A program made the translations under genes and the position numbers. This document shows, piece by piece, positions 1 to 12,143 of a stretch of 64,000 bases of DNA. Origin of the DNA: Malacoraja senta (Eukaryota); NCBI GenBank assembly GCA_038087875.1, contig CM075997.1, forward strand, positions 9,116,001 through 9,180,000, given 5' to 3'. The stretch's first letter is position 1. Each line of letters opens with the position of its first letter. The notes beneath the pieces are model-generated. The model did no database searches and was not told the origin of the DNA. It was given only the letters and a program-made list of their open reading frames with translations.

Positions 1-574
1 GCCTAGGTTCAGATGATGTATTCTATTGCTTACATTGAAGCTGCACAGAAGCACCACTTGGAGACGGAGAGAGTAAATAAAGGCAAATTATGCAAAATGG
101 GAGTGAAAGCAGAAAGAGAGAGGAGCCACAGGCATCCAGAGTGTAATCCTGTCTATAGAGAAAAAAAGCACGTCTTTCTGTGCATTAGAACGTTGTGCTT
201 TCCAGGGGAAAATGTTGCGTTCGTGGAATTGGGTAAAAATTCCGGCTACCTCCAGCAACTATTCCAAGATTCATCTTAATCACTTCCATGGCTTGGATTA
301 TCAACCCGGTAACCGGTGCTTGATACTTGAGTGCTCGACTCTGATTTAAATCCCACACGTGGTCACTTTGAATACGGTTTTTTTTTCTCAAATGAGGCGA
401 AAAACATCTCATCCAATATGGTAGAATAGGTTTTTTGCGAACGAAATGACCCGTTGACTTTTCTCTGAATCTTTATTTGCTCCCCACGGCCATTTCATCT
501 GCTTTGCATGCAGTATCTCGGATTGAAGGATTATTTACATGGAAATTTATCAGAACCATATCTGAGAATACATC

Positions 575-720
575 GAAACATAGAAACATAGAAAATAGGT
601 GCAGGAGGAGGCCATTCGGCCCTTCGAGCCAGCCCCGCCATTCATTGTGATCATGGCTGATCGTTCCCTATCAATAACCCGTGCCTGCGTTCTCCCCATA
701 TCCCTTGATTCCACTAGCCC
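575..720 (-). mobile_element. CR1 LINE 3' fragment, (TTCTATGT)n-tail subfamily
   Basis: Reverse-complement tail catagaaacatagaaa followed by a 3'UTR matching 5830-5980. Confidence 0.85.
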
Positions 721-865
721 ATATAATAACCATATAACCATAACAGCACGGAAACAGGCCATCTCGGCCCTTCAAGTCCGTGCCGAACATTTTTTTTTAA
801 TTTTTTTTAAAATTAAAAATAAATACTTCCCCCTAGTCCCATCGACCTGCACTCAGATAGAGCCC
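721..865 (-). mobile_element. CR1 LINE 3' fragment, (TATATGGT)n-tail subfamily
   Basis: accatata repeats and a 3'UTR matching the copies at 12020, 16010, 20478 and 53009. Confidence 0.85.
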
Positions 866-1957
866 CTAGAGTTCTATCTAATTCTAGTCAGTTGGGATCA
901 ATTGCATCGCTGGAGGAGTTTCGGGAACTAAGGAGTAAACTGAAAAAGGAAATCTGAAGGACAAAAATGGGCTTGGATATAGCTCTGGGGGGTAGCATTA
1001 AGGACAAACCCAAAATATGTTATAAATACATAAGGGGGAAAGGGTTAACTAGAGAGAGATTGGGCCTCTAGGGAACCAGATCGGTTACCTCTGTTTGGAG
1101 GCACAGGAGATGGGCTCCTGTATTTACCGAGAAGAAAGACAGTAGGGGAGAGTAACTTGGGGCAGTCAATTGAAGTGTCTCGAGAGCAGTCTAGTGTTAC
1201 TGTCGAAGAAGTACTGAAGGTACTATCGGGTTTGAGGGCAGACAAATCTCAGGGTCTGAGCAGATATTTCCGAGGACATTGTGGGAAACAAGAGAGGAAA
1301 TTGGGGGAGCCCTGGTTCAAATTTACGAGTCATCATTAAATACAGGAGATGTGCTGGAAGACTGGAGGGTGACAAAAGTTGTGCCTCTATTCAAGAAGGT
1401 CTGCAGGGAAATTGCTGGGAACAGTAGGCCAGTGAGCTTAACATCTGTAGTTGGTAAGTAATGAACCATATATGAGAAGGGAACTCGAGGCAAAGGAGCC
1501 TTAAGGTGGTAGTGACCACAATATGATAAGTTTAACGTAGAATTTGAGAGGGAGAATGGTAAATCGGAGTTGTCGGTATTACAGTTGAACAAATGGGACT
1601 ATGGAACCATGAGGGAGGAGTTAGCCAAATTTGACTGGAAAGATACGTTAGCTGGGATGACAGTATAGCAACAATGGCAGGTATTTCTGGGAATAATACA
1701 GAAGGTTCAGGATGGGTTCATTCCAAAGAGGAAGAAAGATTCCAAGAGGAGTAAGGGGCGACCGTGTCTGACAAGGGAAGTCTGGGACAGCATAAAAATA
1801 AAAGTGAAGAAATATAACATAGCAAAGTTCAGCAGGAAGCCAGAGGATCGGGTAACTTTTAAAGAGCAACAGAAGATAAATAATAAGGCAATACCGGGAA
1901 AAAGATGATGTACGAAGGTAAGCTAGCCAAGAATATAAAGGAGGATAGTAAAAGCTT

Positions 1958-2853
1958 ATCGTCAAGTCACGTCAACTCAAGTGTATTTGTTACATACACA
2001 TACGAGATGTGCAGTGAAACGAAAGTGGCAATGCTTGCGGATTATGCAAAAAACTACAGAACAGGATAGAACAGAATCAGTAATTACATATAAGAAAAAA
2101 AACAGCAATTTTAAAAATACACAACACAACGGTAAATTGGTACAGTACCGTTCTGGGCAGAGCAGTTCCCAAACAAGATTGTGATGTTGCCGGACAAGAT
2201 GCTTTCTACAGCCCCTGAGTAGAATCACTGAAGGATCCTCGGAGACACTCTGAATTTCCTCAGCTGCCTCGGGTGGTAAAGGCGCTGCCGCACTCACCGC
2301 CGCACTCACCCGTGCGGCAGTGTGTGTTGTCCATGTCAGATCCTCTGTGATGTGGACTCCCGGGTATTTAAAGCACCCCACCCTGTCCACAGTAGCACAT
2401 TTTATCTCCAGTGGTGTATACATCCTCGGATGTTGTGCCCTTCTAAAGTCCACAATCAGCTCATTCGTTTTTATGACAGTCAAGAGGAGGCTGTTGTCCT
2501 GACACCAGAGTGCCAGATCAGCCACCTCCTCCCGGTAGACCTTTTCATTGTTATCGGAGATCAGGCCACCACCGCAGTGTCATCAGCAAACTTGCTTGTA
2601 GATTTGGAGCTGAACCTAGCCACAGAGTCATGTGTGTACAGGGAGTACAGTAGGGGGCTGAGGACACAACCCTGGGGGGATCCTGTGTTCAGGGTGAGGG
2701 TGTTCGATGTATTTCCTCCCATCTTGACTACCTGGGGCCTGGCGGTGAGAAAGTCCAGGACCCAGGCACACAGGTGTGAGAAAGTCAAGCCCCAGTTACA
2801 GCATCTTCTCAGCAAGTCTGGTGGGGACTATTGTATTGAAGGCTGAACCGAAT
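1958..2853 (-). mobile_element. Rex1/Babar-clade LINE, 5'-truncated
   Basis: RT motifs GSPQGCVLSPLLYSLYTHD, KFADDTAVV, LALWCQDNSLLL..KTNELIVDFRR; degenerate (CTTGA)n-like tail at ~1960-1982. Confidence 0.85.
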
Positions 2854-3872
2854 TTAGGTATGTGAAGAGAAAAAAACTAGTTAAGGCCACAGTTGGACCC
2901 TTGAAGACTCAAAAGGGTGAATTTATTATGGGGAACAAGAAAGTGGCAGATGAGTTGAAATGTACTTCGGATCCGTCTTCACTAAAGAGGGCAGAAACAA
3001 TCTCCATGATGTACTAGTGGCCAGAGGATCGAGGGTGGTCGAGGAACTGAAGGAAATTCACATTAGGCAGGAAAATAGTGTTGGGTAGACTGATGGGACT
3101 GAAAGCTGTTAAATCCCCATGGCCTGATGGTCTGCATCCCAGGGTACTTAAGGAAGTTGCTCTAGAAATCGTGGACGCATTTTACAAATTTTCTATAGAT
3201 TCAGGAACTGTTCCTGTGGATGGAGGGGAGCTAATGTTATCCCACTATTTACGAAAGGCGGTAGAGATAAAACAGGGATTTATAGACGAGTTATCCTAAC
3301 ATCCGTGGTCGGGAAGATGCTGGAGTCAATGATAAAAGATGAAATAGCGGCACATTTGGATAGCAGTAGCAGGATCGCTCGGAGTCAGCATGGATGTATG
3401 TAGAGGAAATCATGCTTGACTATTCTGTAACATTTTGAGGATGTACCCAGGATAATGGACAAGGGGGAGACAGTACCTGGACATTCATAAATTATTTGAA
3501 AAGGTCCCACATAGGGGATTACTGGGCAACATGAGAGCACATGGTATTGGGGGTGCGGTGCTGACATGGGTAAAAAATTGGTTGGCAGACAGGAAACAAA
3601 GGGTAGGGATTAACGGGTAACTTTCAGAATCACAGGCAGTGACTAGTGGGGTACCGCAAGGCTCGCTGCTGGGACCGCAACTATTTACAATATATATTAA
3701 TGATTTGGACGATGATATTAAAATTAACCATGGCAGATGACACAAAGCTGGGTGGCAGTGTAAACTATGAGGAGAATGGCACCAGGATGCAGGGTGACTT
3801 GGACAGGTTGTGGGAGTGGGCAGATGCATGGCAGATGCCGTTGAATGTGGATAAATGAGAGATTATCCACTA

Positions 3873-5982
3873 TTTCTGGGCATAATCTGGAAGACGCAGG
3901 ATCATTTCATTCCGAAAAGGAAGAAAGATTCTAAGGGGAGTAGGAGGCAACCGTGGCTGACAAGAGAAGTTATGAAGAGAATAAAACTAAAACAAAAGAT
4001 GTATAACAAAGCAAAGAGTAGCCGGAAGCCAGAGGATTGGGAAAATTTCATAGGACAACAGAAGGAAACAAAACGGGCAATACGGGCTGAAAAGATGAAG
4101 TATGAAGGGAAGCTGGCCAGGTATATAAAGAAGGACAGTAAAAGCTTCTTTAAATATGTTAAGGGAAAAAGAGTAGCAAAGTCAAATGTGGGTCCCTTGA
4201 AGGCAGACACGGGTGAAATTATTATGGGCAACAAGGAAATGGCAGAAGAGTTGAATAGGTACTTAGGATCTGTCTTCACTAAGGAAGACACAAACAATCT
4301 CCCAGATGTACTGGAGGACAGAGGGTCTAAGGGGGTAGAGGGACTGAATGATATTTTCATTAGGCGAGAAATAGAATTGGGTAGGCTAATGGGACTGAAG
4401 GATGATAAATGCCCTGGGCCTGATGGTCTGCATCCCAGGGACCGCTGGGAGGTGGCTCTAGAAATACTGGACGCATTGGTGATCATTTCCCAGTGTTCTA
4501 TAGATTCAGGATCAGTTCCTGTGGATTGGAGGATAGCTAATGTTATCCCACTTTTCAAGAAAGGATCGAGAGAGAAAACGGTGGAATTACAGACCAGTTA
4601 GCCTGACTTCGGTGGTGGGAAAGATGCTGGAGTCAATTATTAAAGAGGTAATAATGGGGCATTTTGGATAGCAGTAAAAGGGTTAGTCCAAGTCAACATG
4701 GATTTATGAAAGGGAAATCATGCTTGACTAATCTTCTGGAATGTTTTGAGGATGTGACAAGTAATATGGATGAAGGGGTGACAGTGGACGTAGTGTATCT
4801 AGACTTTCAGAAAGCCTTTGATAAGGTCCCGCAAGGGAGACTAAAATTAGAGCACATGGTTTTGGAGGTAGGGTGTTGACATGGATAGAAAATTGGTTGG
4901 CAGACCGGAAGCAAAGAGTAGGAGTGAACGGGTCCTTTTCAGAATGGCACGCAGTGGCGAGTGGAGTGCCGCAAGGCTCTGTGTTGGGTCCGCAACTGTT
5001 TACCATATGTATTAATGATTTGGAAGAGGGAATTAGGAGCAACACTAGCTAGTTTGCGGATGACACAAAGCTGGCTGGCAGTGTGAACCGCGAAGAGGTT
5101 GTTCGGTTGCAGTGTGACCTGGAGAGGTTGAGTGAGTGGGCAGATGCGTGGCAGATGCAGTATAATATAGATAAATGTGAGGTTATCCACTTTGGCGGCA
5201 AAAACAAGGGGGCTGATTATTATCTCAATGGGGTTAGGTTAGGTAAGGGGGAGGTACAGTGAGACCTGGGCGTCCTTGTACACCGGTCACTTGGTTGGCT
5301 TACAGGTACAGCAGGCAGTGAAGAAAGCTAATGGAATGTTGGCCTTCATAACAAGCGGATATCAGTAAAGGAGTAAAGAGGTTCTTCTGCAGTTGTATAG
5401 GGCTCTGGTGAGACCACATCTGGAGTATTGTGTACAGTTTGGGGCTAATTTGAGGAAGGACATCGTTGTGATTGAGGCAGTGCAGCTTAGGTTCACGAGA
5501 TTGATCCTTGGGATGGCGGGACTGTCATATGAGGAAAGATTGAAAAGACTAGGCTTGTATTCACTGGAGTTTAGAAGGATAAGGGGGGATCTTATAGAAA
5601 CTTATAAAATTATAAAAGGACTGGACAGGCTAGATGCAGGAAATATGTTCCCAATGGTGGGCGAGTCCAGAACCAGGGGCCACAGTCTTAGAATAAAGGG
5701 GAGGTAATTTAAGACTGAGGTGAGAAAAAACGTTTTCACCCAGAGAGTTGTGAATTTATGGAATTACCTGCAACAGAGGGCAGTGGAGGCCAAATCACTG
5801 GATGGATTTAAAAGAGAGTTAGATAGAGCTCTAGAGGCTAGTGGAGTCAATGGATATGGGGAGAAGGCAGGCACGGGTTATTGACAGGGGACGATCAGCC
5901 ATGATCACAATGAATGGCGGTGCTGGCTCGAAGGGCCGAATGGCCTCCTCCTGCACCTATTTTCTATGTTTATATGTTTCTA
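3873..5982 (+). mobile_element. 5'-truncated CR1 LINE, (TTCTATGT)n-tail subfamily
   Basis: ORF2 fragments at 3855-4601, 4664-4879 and 5393-5707 with CR1 RT motifs; tail tttctatgtttatatgtttcta. Confidence 0.9.
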
Positions 5983-8799
5983 AGGTGGCAAAAACAGGAA
6001 GGCAGATTATTATCTAAATGCTGTCAAGTTGGAAAAGGGGAAGTACAACGGGATCTGGGTTTCCTTGTTCATCAGTCACTGAAAGTAAGCATGCTGGTAC
6101 TGCAGGCAGTGAAGAAAGCGAATGGCATGTTGGCCTTCATAACAACAGGAATTGAGTATAGGAGCCAAAGAGGTCCTCCTGCAGTTGTATAGGGCGCTGG
6201 TGTGACCACACCTGGAGTATTGTGTGCAGTATTGGTCTCCATACCTGAGGAAGGACATTCTTGCTATTGAGGTAGTGCAGCGTAGGTTCTTCAAGGTTAA
6301 ATCACGGGATGGCCGGACTCTTATATGTTTATATATTTGAGTGGCTGTGCTTGTATACTCTGGAATTTACGAGTATGAGATGGGATCTTATTGAAACATA
6401 TACGTTTATTATGGGTTTGGACAAGCTAGACGGAGGAAACGTGTTCCCAGTGTTGGGGGAGTTCAGAACCAAGGGCCATAGTTTCAGAATAAGGGTAAGC
6501 CATTAAGAACGCAGATAAGGAAAAACATTTTCACACAGAGAGTTGTGAGCGTGTGGGATTCTCTGCCTCAGATAGCGTTGACGGCCGGTTCTCTGGATGT
6601 TTTTTAAGAGAGAGTTTGGTATAGCTCTTCGGGATAGAGAAATTAAGGGATATGAATACAAGGCAGGAACGGGGTACTGATTGTGGATGATGAGCCATGA
6701 TCACATTGAATGGCGGTGCTGGTTCGAAGGGCCGAATAGACTACTCCTGCGCCTATTGTCTATTGTCTATTGTCTATACTAGAGAGTATTCTGAGGGTTA
6801 CGTTATGCAGGCATTTGAATGGGCAAGGGCTGATTAGGGAGAGTCAGCATGGTTCTGTGCGTGTGAGGTCGTGTTTCGCAAATCAGATTGTATGTTTGAA
6901 GTAACCAATACGGTCGATGAAAATGTTGTGCACATGGATTTCAGTAAGGCATTCGACAAGGTTCCGCATGGTAGGCTGCTCTGGAAGATTAGCTCGCATG
7001 GGATCCAATGAGAGATACCGGAATTGATAGCATATTGGCTTCATGGAAGAAAGCAGAGGATGATGGTGGAAGGTTGCTTCTCAAACTGGCGGCCTGTGAC
7101 TAGTGGTGTGTCGCAGGGTTCGGTACTGGGCCCGTTACTGTTTGTAATCTACATTAATGATTTGGATTAGCAAGTTTGCTGATGATGCAAAAGTGGGTGA
7201 TTTTGATGGTAGTGAAGATGGTTTTGAAAGGTTGCAGCAGGATCGTGAGCGATAAGCCAGATGGTTGATGCAATTATATAGAGATAAATGTGAGGTGTGG
7301 CAATGTGGAACGTCTAACAAGGACAGGACCTACACAGTGAATGGTTGGCCTCTGGGGAGTATTATAGAGCAGAGGGATCTCGGAGTGCAGGTTTTTGGCA
7401 CATTGGCCTTCATCAGCCAGAGTATTGAGCATAGAAGTTGGGAGGTCATGTTACACGTTCTATACGACGTTGGTCAGACTGCATTTACAGTATTGTGTTC
7501 AGTTCTTGGCAACATTTTACAGGAATGTTATTGCCAAGCTTGAAGAGGTTCAGAAAGATTTACGAGGATGTTGCCAGGACTAGAGGGTCTGAGCTCTTGG
7601 GAGAGATTGAGTAGGCTGGATCTATATTCCTTGGAGCGCAGGAGGATAAGCAGTGATCTTATTGAGGTGTATAAAATTATGAGAGGAATACATCGGGTAA
7701 ATACACATGATCTCTTGCCCAGAGTATGGTAATCGAGGACGGGAGGACAAAGGTTCAAGGTGAAAGGGAAAAGATTTAATAGGAATCTGAAGGTAACTTT
7801 TTCACAAAAAGGGTGGTGGGTGTATGGAACTAGGTGCCAGAGGACGTTGTTGAGGCTGGGATTATACCAACGTTTAAGAAACAATTATCCAGGTATGGAA
7901 GGATATGGACCGAGCGCAGCCAGGTGGGTCTAGTGTATCCGAGACTTGTTGGCCGGTGTGGGCAATTTGGGCCGAAGGACATGTTTCCACACTGTATCAC
8001 TCTACGACTGTATCACTCGATGACCGTATCTTTTTTTAAATTTCTCACAAGACCGGTGTCAATAGTGGAACTCGGACTAACTGCAAAAAGCGAAAAGCAA
8101 AAAAAAGTTGTGGCGAAGGATTATAAAACACAAGCGCGACCATAAATGCCGGATTGACGGCAATGTATCAATAAAAATCTGCAGGCCATGGAACTCTGAT
8201 GTTCAGCAGAACGGCCTTTAGAGATGTTTATTTCTCCAAATCCAAGGCGTAGCTATGGGCATGCTCATGGGCCCCAGCTGTGCCCTGCCTCTTTGTAGGG
8301 TACGTCAAGCAATCCTTGTTCGATGCGTACCATGGCCCTATCCCCGAACTCTACCTCCGCTACTGCATTGGTGTTACCTCTATTACCCATGCAGAACTCA
8401 CTGATCCATTTCACCACTAACTTCCATCCGGCAATCAAATTCACCTGAACCATTTCCGACATCTCCCTACCATGCCTAGACCTCACTATCTCCATATCTG
8501 ACCTGCATCTACTACAAACCCACTGACTCCCATGGCTATCTGGACGACACGCCTTCGCACCCTGCTTCCTGTAAGGACTCCATCCCCTACTCCCAATTCC
8601 TCCATCTACGCCGCATCTGCACCAGGATGAGGTGTTCCAAACCAGGGCATCGGAGATGTCTTCATTCTTTAGGGAACGGGGGATCCCTTCTTCGACTATA
8701 GACGAGGCTCTCACCAGGGTCTCTTCTATATCCCGTAGCTCTGCTCTCACTCCCCATCCCCCCCACTGGTAACAAGGGCAGAGTCCCCCAAGTCCTCAC

Positions 8800-9679
8800 T
8801 GTAGATTGATGATGCTGAGTCCCCCAAGTCCTCACTGTAGGTCTCCGGTCCCAATCGCACAACAGCAGCTGGTCCTTCGGGTACTGAAGCCCGCCACTAT
8901 CCAGCGACGTCTCCAAGAGAAGCACGACATCCAGAAACGGTCATACGACAGTTCCAGCCGCCCACTCCAGCCTCTACTGCCGGGCCAGGTCGTCCGTCTA
9001 CGAACTTCAACTAGACATTGTCGTCTGGGTATTGTTGTACGCCCGACTGATGAGCCGCGATCGTACCTTGTGGACTGTGAGGGAGCGGTATACCGGAGAA
9101 GTCGACAGCACCTGCTTGCTGTGAAGGAGCCCCGACCACCGCCTGCTGATCCCTATGCTCCACCGCTCCAGTTCCAGCCGCCTTTTGCAGTGTCTCCCAC
9201 CCGTCCCCGCATGCTTTGCACCCCCCCCCCCCCCCCACGTCTCTCGGTCTCCACTAACCACGGGGTTACACCTACCGCATGTTTCCCCTCTCGGTCACCA
9301 CAAGCCTCTCCCGTGCGATTTTCACCTTCAGCCTCTCCGCCTAATCCTTCAGTGGAGGGAGGGGATGGTTGGGTCCGCACGCGCTCGGGCCCTGTTAGTA
9401 GACCACCAGACAGGTATGGCGAGTATGTTTAATACACTTCCTTTCCACATTTAATCTTTAGGGGGAAGGATGTATATTGATGATGCATGTGAACCAATCA
9501 CACTTAGCCAGCATCACTAACTCCACCCCATTGTAACACTTATACTAACGCCCATTCCCTGCACCGTCAGTCGAAGCAGCTAGGATGAACTGACAACACC
9601 TTGTCTTGTAATGCTGCCAAGTTACAGTGCTGATTAAAGATGTGTGTAAATCTTATACTGTCTCGAGTGATGATTTAAA
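8800..9679 (+). mobile_element. Gypsy LTR retrotransposon remnant (16 bp of 5' LTR, integrase C-terminus, PPT, 3' LTR 9471-9679)
   Basis: ORF 8806-9432 with PRSYLV..YRRSRQHL and RTRSG..SRPPDRY motifs; PPT aggggggaagga-like tract before TGT at 9471; CTCAC flanks both ends (8795-8799, 9680-9684). Confidence 0.8.
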
Positions 9680-10257
9680 CTCACCTACCAGCCGTCAGAC
9701 ACAACAGATAATCCTCCGACATTTTCTCCTGCCCTGGCACTTAGCCATGCAACCGCAGGAAATTCTACACGTGTTGCTTTACACCCCCCCCCCTTGACTC
9801 CATCCAAGGACCAAAGAAGTCTTTCCAGGTGAGGCAGAGGTTCACCTGCACCTCCTCCAACCTCATCTATTGCATCCGCTGCTCTATGTGTTAGCTGCTC
9901 TAAATCAGTGAGACCAAGCGTGGGCTTGGCAATCGCTTCCCCCAACAGCTCTGCTCAGTTCGCAATAACAAACCTGATATCCCGCTGGCTCAGCACTTCA
10001 ACTCCTCCTCCCATTCCGAATCCGACCTTTCTGTCCTGGGGCACCTCCACGGCCAGAGTGTCCCAACGCAAATTGGAGGAACAGCATCTCATATTTCGCT
10101 TGAGTAATTTACACCCCAGCGTTATGAACATTGACTTCACCAATTTCCGATAGTCCTTGCTTTCTCCGTCTTTCCCATCCCCTTCGCAGCTCTCCCACAG
10201 TCCACTGTCTCTGCCTCTTATTTTCTTCTTCCAGCCAGCTCCCACCCCCACCTCAGT

Positions 10258-10285
10258 CTGAAGAAGGGTCTCGACCCGAAACGTA
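10258..10285 (+). ncRNA. Minimal hammerhead ribozyme motif in a Penelope terminal repeat
   Basis: CTGAAGA core, stem II GGGTC-TC-GACCC, then GAAAC-GTA. Confidence 0.6.
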
Positions 10286-10408
10286 ACCTATTCCTTCGCT
10301 ACATAGCTGCTTCACCCGTGGAGTTTCTCCAGCATTTTTGTCTACCTTTTATTTCTATCAAGATGATTTTCTGTTGCATTAACATGGAATCGACCCAGAG
10401 TATCCTAG

Positions 10409-11121
10409 TGTAATTATGCTCCTACAGCTCACCCCTTAGTCTAGTTCAGTAAAACACTGAGTCAAGCACAGGATCAACTAATTATTTATTCTTCACAAAC
10501 AGAAACGAACTTCCTATACGATACCTAACCACACCGGGGTTCCGATGCTTGCCTCTACACGTCCAAGTCCTCTAGCTTCGTGCGACCAGATTCCTCCAGC
10601 AAGCCAACACGGTCCCAAGTGCTCTCCCAGAAGATCGGCACTGATCCATGGTGGGTTCACCCTTTGATAAGGCATCGGGTCTGTGGCGCGAAACTATATG
10701 TAGGGGGCAGCCCCTACAACCTAATTCACAAACTACCCCATTACATTGTTTCTACAGAAGCATCTAGATGGAAGACAGTTAACCAAAGGAAAGACAAAAA
10801 TTCCCAGGTAACATAAACAATTTGAACAAGGCTTCATACGTTAACCAATCACAACAGCACAAACACCCTGCAACATAATTAACAATACTTTACAAAACTA
10901 ATCGTGCATTTGCAATCCTCCTCAGCACTTCTGCAAAACCCACATACATATTAACAAAAGGAAGGATATCTGGACCTCACCTTATCCTCAACCTCCATCT
11001 AGGGTCCAGACTCCGTGGAGCCGTGACACAGCTTGCAACTTTCACAGAAAGAGGCTAAGCAGGCTGAGCAAATACAGAGACTTTCCAATTTGTGACATAT
11101 TATATTTAGCCAATATTATCA
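10409..11121 (-). repeat. ERV 3' LTR (~713 bp)
   Basis: TG...CA ends; homologous to 24789-25375; minus-strand AATAAA at ~10485-10490; directly follows the PPT. Confidence 0.85.
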
Positions 11122-11134
11122 GACCTCCTTTTTA
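11122..11134 (-). promoter_or_regulatory. ERV polypurine tract
   Basis: Minus strand reads TAAAAAGGAGGTC immediately before TGATAATATTGG (LTR start). Confidence 0.75.
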
Positions 11135-11399
11135 TCATTTATGATAGCCCCCATCATTAATGATAATCAAAACACAACTGTAAATACTTTACTCTAGCAG
11201 ATATCCAAACAGGAAGATGCTGATACAATGTCTCCGAAATTCATAAATTTCCCTAGTTTTCATGGACGTAGCTTCATGATTCCTGTCTGATGAGACTTCA
11301 CCTTCCGAGTTTTCATGCGCGCGAATCCCCTCCATCTTTCCTGTCAGGTGCATCTGTCGTAGATTATGATGTTTCTAAGAGAATCTGGAATAAAATAAG

Positions 11400-12109
11400 T
11401 TAGCAGCATACTCTTCCATTGATACTCTTGCAGTGGTGGAGATGCACCCATGCATTTCTACCTTCTACTTTCACTGCTGTTGGAATCGTTAGGACAACCT
11501 GGTAAGGTCCTTCCAAGCGCACCTCTAACCCTTTCCTTACCCAATTCTTTACAAGGACATAGTCTCCAGGCTCCACCTTAGTCGAAGCTGTCAACAAAGG
11601 TAACTCACCATACGCTGCTTTTGCTCGACAGTATGATTCTCTCAAACCTCGAGTCAAAGCTAAAATGTAGTCGGTAATCTCCGCAGTCATATGATGGAAA
11701 TTTATAATTTTCATCGCATTTTGATTCCAAAGTGTTATTAGGTGTCTACCATAAATAATTTAAGCTGAGCTCAGTCTAAATGTCTCTGCAGGCGTGACTC
11801 TCATCTGAAATATAGCTATGGGAACTAATTTAATCCAACCAATTCCAGTCTCCGCCTTCAATTTAGGTAATTTATTTTTCAGGTTCTGATTTGTTCTTTC
11901 TACATGTTCAGCAACCTGTGGTCGATAAGCACAGTTTAATTGCTGCTGGATGCCCAACTGCTCACAAAACTATGTATTAACTTGTCCAATAAAGTGTGGA
12001 CCATTTCTCTCATTAACACCATATAACCATATATAACCATATAACCATATAACCATAACAGCACGGAAACAGGCCATCTCGGCCCTTCAAGTCCGTGCCG
12101 AACATTTAA

Positions 12110-12143
<34 letters not shown>

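Larger units (their letters stand above)
1462..6775 (+). mobile_element. 5'-truncated CR1 LINE, (CTATTGT)n-tail subfamily, interrupted by Rex1 and another CR1
   Basis: Degenerate CR1 ORF2 in pieces 1462-1957, 2854-3872 and 5983-6775; tail ctattgtctattgtctattgt. Confidence 0.8.
925..8025 (+). mobile_element. Old CR1 LINE ORF2 remnant (outer element; pieces ~925-1461 and ~6777-8025) split by nested insertions
   Basis: The RPVSLTSVVGK motif breaks at 1461 and resumes (LESIL..., QHG, DFSKAFDKVPH, FADD) at 6777. It ends in a degenerate ctctatga-like tail. Confidence 0.8.
8243..10350 (+). mobile_element. Penelope-like element (degenerate RT + GIY-YIG endonuclease), interrupted by a Gypsy remnant
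   Basis: QGVAMG..MGPS RT motif at ~8245, SQFL.LRRIC motif, NLIYCIRC GIY-YIG region at ~9860, and a hammerhead-containing 3' repeat. Confidence 0.8.

Noticed and set aside
130..412. Possible minus-strand exon or GPCR exon-1 relic (acceptor-like ttttttctctatAG near 152; RNFYPI peptide)
   Set aside because: No convincing donor, frame or homology within the window.
3902..4558. Long antisense ORFs over CR1 copies (also 39773-40186, 60293-60833)
   Set aside because: Shadow frames of CR1 ORF2 with no independent coding evidence.
11287..11320. CTGATGA as a possible hammerhead or box motif
   Set aside because: No downstream stem II plus GAAA arrangement.
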